Origin: Myxococcota bacterium
GTDB taxonomy: Bacteria > Myxococcota_A > Polyangia > Nannocystales > Nannocystaceae
Direction of reading: 5' to 3'
DNA length: 64,000 nt
Assembly: GCA_039028615.1 (NCBI GenBank)
Contig: JBCCHT010000001.1
Coordinates: 1-64,000, forward strand
In this document: in pieces, positions 9,543 through 19,509 of the stretch
Layout of the letters: each line of letters starts with the position of its first letter
Numbering within the stretch: the stretch's first letter is position 1
Made by a program: the position numbers and the translations under genes
Notes under the pieces: model-generated
What the model saw: the letters and a program-made list of their open reading frames with translations, nothing else
Told to the model about the DNA's origin: nothing
Databases searched by the model: none

Positions 9543-10556
9543 TCAGAAGCGCCCGTGCAGGGCGATCCCGCTGAAGCGTCGCGAGACGCGGGGCAGCACC
9601 TGCAGCCGCGCTGACTCGCCGCCCTTGCCCGCGCGCTTCCGCTTGCGAGCCCCGATGGCGATCATTGGCACGCCGGCCGCGAGCCCTGCCACTGCGACAC
9701 CGGCTCCGATGTACGCGATGAGGTTGGCCTGCGCGCCTTCGTCATCGAGCCGCTCCACCTCGGCCTGATCCTGCGGGAGGATCAGCGACTCGACCTCGTT
9801 CTGCTTCTGGTTGCTGATGACCATGCCGGCCGCGACCATCGAGATGCCGCCGACACCGACCGCGGTGAGCACCGAGCCACCCGCGATGAGGCCGATGCCC
9901 GGCTTGGGCTCGCGCTTCTTCTTGCCCTCTTTGGCGGGGCCGACCGTGCCCGTGTCTTCTTGCTCGGCCTCGATCTCCTCGATGAGCGCCTCGGAGCGCT
10001 CGATGAGGTCCTCGGCGTCGGAGACGAGCGAGCTGGCCGTGGACGGATCGATGGGCTTCCAGTCGCTGTAGGCCTCGCCCGCATCGACGGCGACGTAAAA
10101 GTGCAGGATGTCGAGCGTGGTCCGAGCGGCTTCGATGGCCTCGTTGGCGGCATCGATGTCGCGGTCGGCCTCGGCCTGCTTGTAGTAGTACTCGCCGGCC
10201 TCTTGCATGGTGAGCGGGTCACCGAGCAGGGCCGCGTTGTTGGCCGTCTCCTCGGCCGCGGCCCCCCAGCGCTGGGCCGCGACGTCGGACTCGACCACGC
10301 CCCGAATCGCCTCGCGCTTGGGCTCGGCCGTCTCGGGCGTGAGACCGCCCTTCTTTTTCTTCTTCTTTTTCTTCTTGGCCAGCAGCGCGGAGTTGAGCGC
10401 CCCCGGGATGGCGGCGCTCAACCCTGGTACCGCGGCACTCGTCCCGACCGTATGGCTGGCGGTCGTCCCGCTCGCACTGGCCACCGCGGGCACCATCGAA
10501 AGCGCCACTGCCACGGCCACGAAAGCGGCCCTCCGCCCATGTCGGCTTTGACTCAC
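9543..10556 (-). CDS. Exported helical protein with poly-Lys tract and C-terminal hydrophobic hairpin
   Basis: Signal peptide, K9 run, helical core, two Gly/Ala-rich hydrophobic segments, terminal Phe. Confidence 0.75.
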   Translation of the reverse strand: MSQSRHGRRAAFVAVAVALSMVPAVASASGTTASHTVGTSAAVPGLSAAIPGALNSALLAKKKKKKKKKGGLTPETAEPKREAIRGVVESDVAAQRWGAAAEETANNAALLGDPLTMQEAGEYYYKQAEADRDIDAANEAIEAARTTLDILHFYVAVDAGEAYSDWKPIDPSTASSLVSDAEDLIERSEALIEEIEAEQEDTGTVGPAKEGKKKREPKPGIGLIAGGSVLTAVGVGGISMVAAGMVISNQKQNEVESLILPQDQAEVERLDDEGAQANLIAYIGAGVAVAGLAAGVPMIAIGARKRKRAGKGGESARLQVLPRVSRRFSGIALHGRF

Positions 10557-10672
10557 GGGCCGAGCCTAACACGAGGCACGCCCGCGGCGGGCCGGCGCGA
10601 AGAAGTGATGCATCGCGCCCCAACGCCCCCCCGAAGCGCTGGATCCGGCGGGCACGGCGGACCGATATTGCT

Positions 10673-11635
10673 ATGCTTGTGATCCGCATGGCGCCACTTG
10701 CATCCATGGCCTTCGTTCCGCTGCTGGCGCTTGCGCCAGGTGGCAACGCTCCGTCTTCGCTCGGCGCCGAACTTCCGCCCTCGCAGCCGGTGCCGATCGT
10801 GGGCGGCGAGCAAACCGGTGAGCTGGAGTACGGTGCGGTCGTCGCCCTACTCAACAGCCAGTCGGGGTTGTGCACCGGAACGGTCGTGACCCCACGGCTC
10901 ATCCTCACCGCCGCGCACTGTCTGTCCAACCTGCAGTTCGGTGCCACCGTCGACGTGTTCTTCGGCAACGAGCTCCAGTTCGACATGTCGACCGAGGCGG
11001 TCAGCTACGGGTTCCACCCCGATTTCTGCGACGACTGCCGCGAAGACATCTACGACTACGGCTACGTGCTGCTGGGCACCGACTTCGACCCGCCCGACGG
11101 CTTCATCCTGCCCATCACCGATCAAGCCGAGTGGGACGAGGCCATGGCCATCGACTCCACCATCACGCTCGTCGGCTTCGGGGAAGATCCCGATGCGGCC
11201 AGCCCCGCCGACAGCCTCGGCACCAAGCGGCACGTCGAGACCACCGTGCGGCGTTACTCCGAGCTGGGCCTCGAGTTCTTCGCCGGAGGCGGCGGCATGG
11301 ACTCCTGCCAGGGCGACTCGGGCGGCCCCGCCATCGTCACCCTGGCCGACGGCACCCGGCGTCTGGTCGGCATCACCTCGCGGGGCTCCGACCCCTGCGG
11401 CAACGGTGGGTTCTACGGCACGCCCTTCCCCGCCCTCACCTGGGTCCGCGACGAGACCGGGATCGACTTGCTCCCCGAAGGGTGCAGCGAAGGCGACTGC
11501 CTCGACCTGACGCCGCCCTCCGAAGAACAGGGTCGCTGCGCGGTGGCCCGCCCCGGCCGAGGCAGCGGCATCCCCTGGCTGCTGTTGCCCCTGCTGCTGC
11601 TCCGCCCGCGTCGTCGCGGCGCTCGCGTGTCATGA
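10673..11635 (+). CDS. S1 trypsin-like serine protease with MYXO-CTERM-like tail
   Basis: IVGG, LTAAHC, GDSGGP; C-terminal Cys-hydrophobic-Arg tail. Confidence 0.93.
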   Translation: MLVIRMAPLASMAFVPLLALAPGGNAPSSLGAELPPSQPVPIVGGEQTGELEYGAVVALLNSQSGLCTGTVVTPRLILTAAHCLSNLQFGATVDVFFGNELQFDMSTEAVSYGFHPDFCDDCREDIYDYGYVLLGTDFDPPDGFILPITDQAEWDEAMAIDSTITLVGFGEDPDAASPADSLGTKRHVETTVRRYSELGLEFFAGGGGMDSCQGDSGGPAIVTLADGTRRLVGITSRGSDPCGNGGFYGTPFPALTWVRDETGIDLLPEGCSEGDCLDLTPPSEEQGRCAVARPGRGSGIPWLLLPLLLLRPRRRGARVS

Positions 11636-12585
11636 GCCGCGTCGCCGGCCGGCTCTCGGCGCCCGCCCTCGTGCTGGCCGCGGGCACGTGCGTGTTCACG
11701 CCGACGGCCCGGGCCGACGATCCGCTGCCCACCAGTCCCATCGTGGGCGGCACCGACACCGAGCCCGGCCGCTACGACGCGGTCGTGGGCGTGCACAACA
11801 GCCGCGGCAAGCTGTGTACCGGCACCCTCGTCGCGCCTCGCCTGGTGCTCACCGCCGCGCACTGCCTGGTCGAGCACGATGTCTCCCGGGCCGTGCAGAT
11901 CTCCTTCGGCCCCGAGGGCCGCAGCCACCCCCTGATCGCCAGCGAGAGCTACGGCACCCATCCGCAGTTTTGCTACGACTGTGACTTCGACGCGTACGAC
12001 TTCGCCTATGTCGTGCTCAGCGAAGACTACGAGCCCGCCGACGGCTTCATCCCGCTGCTCACCGACCCCGACGAGTGGGAAGAGACGATGCGCTGCGACG
12101 CCGAGGTGCTCTTCGTCGGCTACGGCACCGACGACCCCGACCTCAACGGCACACTCGACGAGCAGATCAAGCGCGAGGTCGTCTCGCTCATCAACCGCGG
12201 CTCGCCCGAGGGCACCGAATTCTTCGGCGGCGGCAACGATCGCGACACGTGCAGCGGCGACTCGGGCGGTCCGGCCATCGTCACCACCCGCGACGGGGCC
12301 CTGCGCTTGGTCGGCATCACCTCGCGCGGCACCAACCCCTGCGGCCGCGGGGGCTGGTACGGCGTGCCCTACTCCGTGCTGCCGTGGATCGAGGACGAGA
12401 CCGGCATGACCCTGCTGCCCGCCGACTGCCCCGACGGCGGCTGCATCGATCTCACCGTCGCCGAGTGTCGGCCCGGAGCGCAGTGCGGCTGTGAGCAGTC
12501 ATCGTCCGACACGGAGCCGCTGCCATGGCTCCTGCTCGGCTTGCTCCCGTTGCTGCGAACCCGACGGTCACGCGCCCAACGGTGA
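11632..12585 (+). CDS. S1 trypsin-like serine protease (tandem paralog)
   Basis: IVGG, LTAAHC, GDSGGP, CGC...WLLLGLLPLLRTRR; ATGA overlap with the previous gene. Confidence 0.93.
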   Translation: MSRVAGRLSAPALVLAAGTCVFTPTARADDPLPTSPIVGGTDTEPGRYDAVVGVHNSRGKLCTGTLVAPRLVLTAAHCLVEHDVSRAVQISFGPEGRSHPLIASESYGTHPQFCYDCDFDAYDFAYVVLSEDYEPADGFIPLLTDPDEWEETMRCDAEVLFVGYGTDDPDLNGTLDEQIKREVVSLINRGSPEGTEFFGGGNDRDTCSGDSGGPAIVTTRDGALRLVGITSRGTNPCGRGGWYGVPYSVLPWIEDETGMTLLPADCPDGGCIDLTVAECRPGAQCGCEQSSSDTEPLPWLLLGLLPLLRTRRSRAQR

Positions 12586-12597
12586 AGCCGCGAGCGC

Positions 12598-13578
12598 TCA
12601 AAGCCGCGTGGGCAGGCCCAGCCAGCCCTCGATGAACTCGCGGATCAGCACGAACTCGAGCGCGGCCACGGCCAAGAACGGACCGAAGGGCACGCGCTGC
12701 CCGGTGACGCCCGCGTCGGGGTCTTCTTCGCCGAGTTCGGGGTCTTCGCCGTGCACCTCTTGGAGGTCGGAGTTGGCCACGTTGCGCCCCAGAAGCAGCA
12801 TGGGCACGGACACGAACAGCCCCTGCAGGGCCCCCGCCCCCACGCACCACACTAGACCGGGCAAGCCGGTGAAGGCCCCGACCATGAGCAGTAGCTTGGC
12901 GTCACCCATGCCGAGCCCGTCGATGTTGCGAAAGCGACGGTAAAACCAGTTGATGCTGGCGAAGGTGCCGTAGCCGACCAGGCCGGCCACCACCGCCTCG
13001 ACCCCGCCGATGCCGAGCCACGTGGGGTCGATGAACGCGACCACCACCCCGAGCAGGGCCATGGGCAGCACCACCACGTCGGGGATGATCCAGTGGTCGA
13101 GGTCGGTGTAGGTGATGACGAGCAGCGCCATCCCGAACAAGAACCACAGCATCCACGGCAGCAGCTGCGGCGCACCGCCGGCCACCAGCGGCACGAACAC
13201 CACCTTCATATACAGCGCGAACGACAGGACCCCGGCCAGCAGCTCGACCACGAGGTACCGCAGCGCAAAGGGCTCGCCGCAGTGACGGCACTTGCCCCGC
13301 AGCAGCAAGTACGACAGCACGGGGATGTTGTCCCACGCCTTGATGGGGGTCTCGCAGCTCGGACAGCGCGAGCGCGGCCGGGAGATCGACAAGCCGAGCG
13401 GCACACGGTGGATGACCACGTTGGCGAAGCTGCCCCACAGCGTGCCCCACACGAACGCGAAGACCCGGGCGCCCGGCGACAGCAGCACGCCCAAGATGAA
13501 CGGGTCCACGCTCACCGGGGTGACCGATCCCACGGCCACCAGACCGAGCGGCCCGCCCATCCATGACATGTCCGCCAT
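12598..13578 (-). CDS. pilD: Prepilin peptidase/N-methyltransferase
   Basis: GSFANVVIHRVP, SRCPSC, NIPVLSYLLLRGKCRHC, GMGDAKL, PFGPFL. Confidence 0.95.
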   Translation of the reverse strand: MADMSWMGGPLGLVAVGSVTPVSVDPFILGVLLSPGARVFAFVWGTLWGSFANVVIHRVPLGLSISRPRSRCPSCETPIKAWDNIPVLSYLLLRGKCRHCGEPFALRYLVVELLAGVLSFALYMKVVFVPLVAGGAPQLLPWMLWFLFGMALLVITYTDLDHWIIPDVVVLPMALLGVVVAFIDPTWLGIGGVEAVVAGLVGYGTFASINWFYRRFRNIDGLGMGDAKLLLMVGAFTGLPGLVWCVGAGALQGLFVSVPMLLLGRNVANSDLQEVHGEDPELGEEDPDAGVTGQRVPFGPFLAVAALEFVLIREFIEGWLGLPTRL

Positions 13579-13628
13579 CACTGCGGCGGACAGTGTAGCG
13601 CCCCGACCTCGGCTTGGCATGGACTGCT

Positions 13629-14618
13629 ATGCTCCGCCGCGTGCGAGGCCCGGCCGCAGCCACCAAGGTCTGGCTCCTGGCCACTGCGCTGGGGGCCGTC
13701 CCCGCGTGTGGCGAGGACTCCGACGCGGAACCGGCCGCCCCCGAGGCCGCGGCCACGCACGCCACGAAGAACACCGATTGGTCGGAACGTCTCGCCGAGC
13801 CCACCGTCGACGACATCGTGTCGGCCCTCGCCCAGCCCCACGCCGGGCTGCGCACCGCGGTGGGCCCCCATCGGCTCCACACCGAGGCCGACTTCTCGCT
13901 CACGCCGACCGAGGTGTTCGTGCCCACCGAGGACACGGCCCGGCCGCTTCGGCCCGTCGATCAGCCCGTGGTCCTGCCGCAGCGGGTGCATGACGAGGTG
14001 ACGCTGACGTGGGCCCCCACCGCCGAGGGCGAGCTGCGGCTGTCGCTGTCGCAGCACAACGACCACGACCGCGGTCGTGACGTCGTGGCAATCGGCGAGA
14101 CGATCCACGTCCACCAAGACCACCGCGGCTGGTACCACTACACGCGCGACTCCGACGTGCTCGAGGCCTGGCTCGACGATGCGCAGCGCTCGGTCCACGA
14201 CGCGGTCCAGCTCGCCGCGCCGCGCCTGGCGGTGCAGGCCACGCCCGTGCCCGAGGGCGGGCTCGAGGGTGGCGCGGCCGTGGAGATCGCGCTCAGCCTC
14301 GCCGACCAGCGCGACGATCGCCTCCTCGCCGGGGGGCCGACCCAGGCCTGGCGCACGGGCGCGACCGTGAACGCGGTGCAGGGCACGCTGCTGCTGGATG
14401 CGCGGTCGGGCGCCTGGCTGCGTGCGGAAATCGACGTGCGTTATGCCCTGATCGGCGCCAATGGCCAGGAAATGGACGGACACCTGCAATTGCGCGGCGA
14501 TGTCGAGCCGGGAGCGCCCGCCGCGGTGACCGCTCCGGCCGACTCTCAGCCCCTGCCCACCCGGGTTCGCTACGACGAAGAGCGCCGCCAGCTGCTGGAC
14601 GGACTTGCCGCGCCCTGA
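13629..14618 (+). CDS. Hypothetical lipoprotein
   Basis: Lipobox VPA-C, long ORF with coding bias, divergent from pilD. Confidence 0.7.
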   Translation: MLRRVRGPAAATKVWLLATALGAVPACGEDSDAEPAAPEAAATHATKNTDWSERLAEPTVDDIVSALAQPHAGLRTAVGPHRLHTEADFSLTPTEVFVPTEDTARPLRPVDQPVVLPQRVHDEVTLTWAPTAEGELRLSLSQHNDHDRGRDVVAIGETIHVHQDHRGWYHYTRDSDVLEAWLDDAQRSVHDAVQLAAPRLAVQATPVPEGGLEGGAAVEIALSLADQRDDRLLAGGPTQAWRTGATVNAVQGTLLLDARSGAWLRAEIDVRYALIGANGQEMDGHLQLRGDVEPGAPAAVTAPADSQPLPTRVRYDEERRQLLDGLAAP

Positions 14619-14689
14619 GTGAAGGGGCTAGAAGGTCGCCTCCGCGCCTCGTGGTCGCGGCTCCGATTTTTCTCGCCCCGCTTTCGCTC

Positions 14690-15229
14690 ATGCCCGCTGC
14701 CTCTCCTCAATGGAGCCAGAACGATCTCCCCGCGGAGCTGCGCGTGGCGCTCGACGCTGCCCTCGACAAGAAGGCGCTCGCGCCCGCCATCCTGCGGGTG
14801 ACCGACGTGACCGGCTACACCGACTGGGTCATGATCCTCTCCGCTCGCTCCGAGCGACAGGTCGGGGCCATTGCCGATGCCATCGTCCGCACCCTCAAGG
14901 GTGAAGGTCGACGACCGCTCGGCACCGATGGCTTCGACGGCCATCAGTGGGATCTGCTCGACTACGACGACTTCATCGTCCACGTGTTCAAGCACCCCGT
15001 CCGCACCCACTACGACCTCGAGAGCATGTGGAGCGACGCCCCGCGCGTCGAGCTCGAGCTGCCCGACGACGTCATGGACACCAGCGGCCTCGACGACACC
15101 TTCGCGCTCCCGGCCGACTCCGAGTTCCGCGGTGACGCCCGCTTCGGTGGCTTCGCCGACGAGTTCGAGGACGACGACGACGACGACTGGGACGACGAGT
15201 TCGAGGACGACGACCCGCCGCCCGCCTGA
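14690..15229 (+). CDS. rsfS: Ribosome silencing factor with acidic tail
   Basis: DKKA, SERQVGAIAD, WDLLDYDDFIVHVF, YDLESMW; lies upstream of rlmH. Confidence 0.93.
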   Translation: MPAASPQWSQNDLPAELRVALDAALDKKALAPAILRVTDVTGYTDWVMILSARSERQVGAIADAIVRTLKGEGRRPLGTDGFDGHQWDLLDYDDFIVHVFKHPVRTHYDLESMWSDAPRVELELPDDVMDTSGLDDTFALPADSEFRGDARFGGFADEFEDDDDDDWDDEFEDDDPPPA

Positions 15230-15256
15230 GCCGCGCCCCGGCTGAGGAAGGACCCC

Positions 15257-15685
15257 GTGCGACTGCGCGTGCTGCCGATCGGCAAGCTCAAGGACGCTCG
15301 CCTCGAGGGTCTGTGCGACGAGTACGTCAAGCGCTCGCGCGCCATGCTGCCCATCGAGCGGGTCGTGTGCCGCAACGCCAAGGACCAGTGGCAGCGCGCC
15401 AGCGATGGCGACGGCACCATCGTCCTGCTCGACGAGCGCGGTGAACAGCCCGACACCCTGGAGCTGTCCGGCTGGTTTCGACGCTGGCGGGACGGGGGCG
15501 TCCGGCGGGTCGATCTGCTGATCGGGGATGCCGACGGCTACGACGACGCCGCCCGGGCCCGCGCCGATCGCATCTTGGCCCTTTCGCGCCTCACCCTGCC
15601 CCATCGCCTCGCTCAGCTCATGCTCTGCGAGCAGCTGTACCGGGTTGGAACGGTGCTGGCCGGGCACCCGTACCACCACGTGTAG
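15257..15685 (+). CDS. rlmH: 23S rRNA pseudouridine-1915 N3-methyltransferase
   Basis: IGKLK, LDERG, IGDADG, LTLPHRLA..EQLYR, GHPYH. Confidence 0.95.
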   Translation: MRLRVLPIGKLKDARLEGLCDEYVKRSRAMLPIERVVCRNAKDQWQRASDGDGTIVLLDERGEQPDTLELSGWFRRWRDGGVRRVDLLIGDADGYDDAARARADRILALSRLTLPHRLAQLMLCEQLYRVGTVLAGHPYHHV

Positions 15686-15748
15686 GTCCGCGGGCCGGTC
15701 GATCGAGGCCGGCTCGAAGCACGATTCGTCCCTTGCTGGCCCGGAGCC

Positions 15749-16492
15749 GTGCAACCAAAACGCGAAGCGGCCGACAATGTCTTCGTGTCCCGCCGTGGTC
15801 TCGGTCTCGCATCCTTCTTCGTGCTCGCCACCGCGTCGGCCGGGTGCATGCCCACCTACGCGCCGCCGCCCCGCACGATCCACACGGGCGCTCCGGGGCG
15901 GCTCGATCCGGGCGACATGGAAGTCGGCGTCGCGAGCTCGGGGTTCATCGTTCCGAGTGGGCTGGCGGGCACCAACATCGGCTATGCGGTCAACTCGCGA
16001 CTGACCGTCGAGGGCGGGCTCGACGCCAACTACGCCCGCCAGGGCGGATGGACGATGGGCTGGGCCGGTGTCCGCACGCCGCGTCGGTTCCACCTGCGTC
16101 GCAAGCTCTCGCTGGCCGTCGACGGTGCGGCCGGCCTCGGGCTCGGCGTCGGCGGGTGTGCTTCGGGCGACGACGTCGAATGCAACGCCGACCGTCGCGA
16201 TTGGTGGGAGCGCCCGGCCGGCGGTGGCTACCTCGATGCGGGTGCCGCCGTGCGGTGGGGTCCCATGTCGCTGTACAGCCGCGGTCGCATGCAGGTCGCA
16301 CGCTCGCTCGGCACGCCCACCACCCATTGGGCCAGCGTGTTGTTCGGTCTGCACGGCCACATCCTCGACCGCGCCGACCTATGGGGTGGCATGGCCCTGG
16401 CGCAGTACTCCAACCGCGAGCACACCACGTCGGGGTGGATCGCCGAGGTCGGCCTGTCCTTTCGCTTCGATCCCGTATTCGGCTGGCGCTGA
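15749..16492 (+). CDS. Hypothetical lipoprotein, beta-strand rich
   Basis: Lipobox SAG-C, alternating aromatic/Gly strands. Confidence 0.7.
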   Translation: MQPKREAADNVFVSRRGLGLASFFVLATASAGCMPTYAPPPRTIHTGAPGRLDPGDMEVGVASSGFIVPSGLAGTNIGYAVNSRLTVEGGLDANYARQGGWTMGWAGVRTPRRFHLRRKLSLAVDGAAGLGLGVGGCASGDDVECNADRRDWWERPAGGGYLDAGAAVRWGPMSLYSRGRMQVARSLGTPTTHWASVLFGLHGHILDRADLWGGMALAQYSNREHTTSGWIAEVGLSFRFDPVFGWR

Positions 16493-16514
16493 GGTCCGCA
16501 ACGCGGGGCCACGG

Positions 16515-17168
16515 GTGGTCGATGACTCCTCCGTGCTCGCCCGCCTGCTCTTTCCCCCCGTCTGCCTCGGCTGCGGCTTGCTGCTGCGCCCCGACGCTCC
16601 GCCGCAGCTGCCGCTGTGTCGCCGCTGCGGCCTCGAGCACGAGCCGCTGCCGCCCACGGCCCGCGTCCACGACGAGATCTGGGCCGTGCACGCCTACGGC
16701 GGGCCGCTGCTGCGCGCGCTCACCCGCCTGAAGTTCCAGCACCAAGCCGCATGGGCCGGCCCGCTCGGTTCGCTCTTGGCCGGCAGTCCCGTCTTCGATC
16801 CCACCCGCTGGGACGCTCTGGTCCCCATTCCCCTTCACCCTCGGCGGCAGCGCGAGCGCGGCTTCAACCAGGCCACGTTGCTCGCCCGGCATGCCCGACG
16901 CCGCGGCGCTCGGATCCCGCTGCGGCCACGCTGGCTCCGCCGCGTGCGGGCCACCGCGCCGCAGCATCGGCTGCCCTCCCCCGCCCGGCGTCACAACCTC
17001 GACCAGGCCTTCGTCGCCCCTCGCCCGGCCCGGGTGGCGGGGCGCCGCGTGCTGCTCATCGACGACGTCACCACCACCGGGGCCACCTTCATTGCAGCCA
17101 GGCAGGCGCTGTTGGCCGCAGGAGCCCAGGCCGTGGGTGCGCTTGCCCTGCTGAGAACGCTCGCATAA
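16515..17168 (+). CDS. comF: ComF family protein (zinc ribbon plus PRTase domain)
   Basis: LFPPVCLGC...CRRC, PIPLH..RERGFNQA, LLIDDVTTTGAT. Confidence 0.92.
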   Translation: MVDDSSVLARLLFPPVCLGCGLLLRPDAPPQLPLCRRCGLEHEPLPPTARVHDEIWAVHAYGGPLLRALTRLKFQHQAAWAGPLGSLLAGSPVFDPTRWDALVPIPLHPRRQRERGFNQATLLARHARRRGARIPLRPRWLRRVRATAPQHRLPSPARRHNLDQAFVAPRPARVAGRRVLLIDDVTTTGATFIAARQALLAAGAQAVGALALLRTLA

Positions 17169-17181
17169 CGTCGGCGCTGCC

Positions 17182-17667
17182 TTGGCCAAAACCAAGAAAT
17201 CCGCCAGCTTGGCGCCCCCGGGGGCCTCGCTCGCCAAGAACCGCCGCGCCACCTTCGACTACGAGATCGTCGAGCGCATCGAGGCCGGTCTGGTGTTGCA
17301 TGGCAGCGAGGTCAAGGCGCTGCGCGACCGCAAGGTGAGCCTGGCCGAGTCCTTCGCTCAGTTTCAGGGGGACGAGCTGTTCCTCATGAACGCCCACATC
17401 GGCGAGTTTCCCCAGGCCCACAAGCGCAACCATGCGCCGCTGCGTGCTCGCAAGCTGCTGATGCACCGCCGCCAGCTCGACAACCTCTTCGAGCAGGTCA
17501 AGCGCGCGGGCATGGCCCTCGTGGTGCTCTCGCTCTACCTCAAAGATGGCCGCATCAAGGCCGAGATTGGCCTCGGCCGCGGCAAGAAGGTCCACGACAA
17601 GCGCGCAGCGATCAAGACCCGCGAGCAAGAGCGGGAGATCCAGCGGGCCATGCGAGAACGCCATTGA
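17182..17667 (+). CDS. smpB: SsrA-binding protein
   Basis: NRRATFDY, EAGLVLHGSEVKALR, RKLLMH, GKKVHDKR. Confidence 0.97.
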   Translation: MAKTKKSASLAPPGASLAKNRRATFDYEIVERIEAGLVLHGSEVKALRDRKVSLAESFAQFQGDELFLMNAHIGEFPQAHKRNHAPLRARKLLMHRRQLDNLFEQVKRAGMALVVLSLYLKDGRIKAEIGLGRGKKVHDKRAAIKTREQEREIQRAMRERH

Positions 17668-18311
17668 ACGATCCGCGCACCCAGGCCGCCGAGACCGTCG
17701 AGCGACTGCTGCATCAGGCTCGTCGCAGTCCCCTGGGTGTGCCCGAGTGCGAGGCATTGATCGAAGCGGTGGGCATGGTCCCCGGCCGGCTGCGCCCGGT
17801 GGCACACGCGCTGTCCGCCCAACGCGACGCCGCGGCCGTCGACGCCTTGCTGCGCATGTCTCCTCAGGTGCCCGGGGTCATCGAGGGCGTGTTCGGAGCC
17901 ATCTCGGCCGGCGTCACCCGGGTCCGCTGGGGCGGTGACCCCTGCCCGCACCTCATGGCGATGGACTTTCGCCGCTCCCGGGCCAAGACCTTCGAGGCTC
18001 TCGTCGATCGGTCCCGTCGCGTGTTCGCCTCGCGCTTCGAGATCCTCGACATCGCCGGCCAACCTTGGTTTCGCGTCAGCGTGCACGAAGGGCCCGGCAC
18101 CTTCGCCGGACGCGTGGCCGCGAAGGCCCAAGACATCCAGTGGCTGCACGGCCGACTCGGACGACTGAAGGGCACGCGCCTGTGGCTCAACGGCTGGTGC
18201 CTCGCCGCCGATGGTCCCTGGCGCGCTCCCATTCAGGCGCACCTGCTCCGCGCGTGGTTGTCGTGGGCCGCCAGCCAGACCCAGACCCAGGTCTCGGGCG
18301 CCGGCGTCTAG
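17664..18311 (+). CDS. Hypothetical protein
   Basis: 4-bp overlap with the smpB stop, coding-like codon bias. Confidence 0.7.
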   Translation: MNDPRTQAAETVERLLHQARRSPLGVPECEALIEAVGMVPGRLRPVAHALSAQRDAAAVDALLRMSPQVPGVIEGVFGAISAGVTRVRWGGDPCPHLMAMDFRRSRAKTFEALVDRSRRVFASRFEILDIAGQPWFRVSVHEGPGTFAGRVAAKAQDIQWLHGRLGRLKGTRLWLNGWCLAADGPWRAPIQAHLLRAWLSWAASQTQTQVSGAGV

Positions 18312-18389
18312 AGCTCACCGTGCCGAAGCACGGACCTCCGCGATCTCGACCCGCGTGACATCGCGGCTCAGATCGGAAACGATGCGGGC

Positions 18390-19016
18390 ATGCCCCATCC
18401 TTGGTTCTCGATGCGCGTCATCCATCCGGACGCCGAGGCCTGCGAGGCACTCCGAGAACGCTTCGAGGGAGTACCGCAGGTCGAGGTCGAATGCGCCCGC
18501 TATGAAGACCTTCGCCCCCACGACTGCTTCGTGACCGCCGGCAACGCGTTCGGCGTGATGTCGGCCGGTATCGATGCGGCGGTCGTCCACCGCTTCGGCC
18601 GCGACTTCATGGCTCGCGTGCAGGATCACATCATGGAGGCGTACCTCGGTGAGCAGCCGGTCGGGACCGCGTTCCTGATCGAGACCGGCGACGCGGAGCG
18701 CCCGTGGATCTGCCACGCGCCCACCATGCGCACGCCCACGTCCATCAACAACACCAGCCACATCTACACGGCCACGTTCGCGTCGCTCGTGCACATCCAT
18801 CGGCACAACGTGAGCGCAGCCCAGCCGATCGAATCGGTCGTATTTCCCGCGATGGGTACCGGGTTCGGGCAGGTGAGCCACTCCGAGTGCGGGCGGCAGA
18901 TGGCCGTGGCCTGGCAGCACTACCGACACCCGCCCGGGCACCCGACGTGGGACACCATCACCCGCCGCGAGCGGGCGATCTGCTACGACGGCAAGGAAAA
19001 GGTCGTCCGGCTCTAG
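18390..19016 (+). CDS. Macro domain (ADP-ribose-binding/hydrolase) protein
   Basis: AGNAFGVMSAGIDAA, HAPTMR, FPAMGTGFG. Confidence 0.9.
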   Translation: MPHPWFSMRVIHPDAEACEALRERFEGVPQVEVECARYEDLRPHDCFVTAGNAFGVMSAGIDAAVVHRFGRDFMARVQDHIMEAYLGEQPVGTAFLIETGDAERPWICHAPTMRTPTSINNTSHIYTATFASLVHIHRHNVSAAQPIESVVFPAMGTGFGQVSHSECGRQMAVAWQHYRHPPGHPTWDTITRRERAICYDGKEKVVRL

Positions 19017-19066
19017 CCGCGGCGCGCTCCTCTTGGCCGCAGCGCGGGTCGGCCGTAGGGTGAAGC

Positions 19067-19504
19067 ATGCCCGACCCCACGCAGCTCCACGGCCCCGTCG
19101 CGGTCACCGTCGCCTACTTCGTGCTGTGGTACGCGATGCTGTTCGGACTGCAGAGCCGAACCAAGTACCGACTCAAGGCCCTGTACGCCCAGGAGGGCAA
19201 GACCTTCGATCGCTACTTCGGGCAAGACCCCCAGATGCTGGCCGCCGACCGGGCGGTGGCCAATACCCACGAGCAGATGGTGCCCTTCATGGTCTCGCTA
19301 TGGCTGTACGCGTGCTTCGTCTCGCCCAGCCACGCGACCTGGCTGGGTGCCGCCTACGTGGGGCTACGGGGCCTATATCCCGTGCTGCTGGGCTCGCGTG
19401 TGTCGAAGGTCCAGTCCAAGCGCGTCGCCTTCGTGACCTTCCCCTGCTACGCGATCGTGTTCTTCATGCTCGGCGGGACCGCCTGGGCGTCGCTGGGAGG
19501 CTGA
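19067..19504 (+). CDS. MAPEG family membrane protein
   Basis: DRAVANTHEQMVPF, YVGLRGLY, about 4 TM helices. Confidence 0.85.
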   Translation: MPDPTQLHGPVAVTVAYFVLWYAMLFGLQSRTKYRLKALYAQEGKTFDRYFGQDPQMLAADRAVANTHEQMVPFMVSLWLYACFVSPSHATWLGAAYVGLRGLYPVLLGSRVSKVQSKRVAFVTFPCYAIVFFMLGGTAWASLGG

Positions 19505-19509
19505 GCGGA

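Noticed and set aside
17668..18389. tmRNA next to smpB
   Set aside because: The region is occupied by an overlapping CDS; no tRNA-like ends seen
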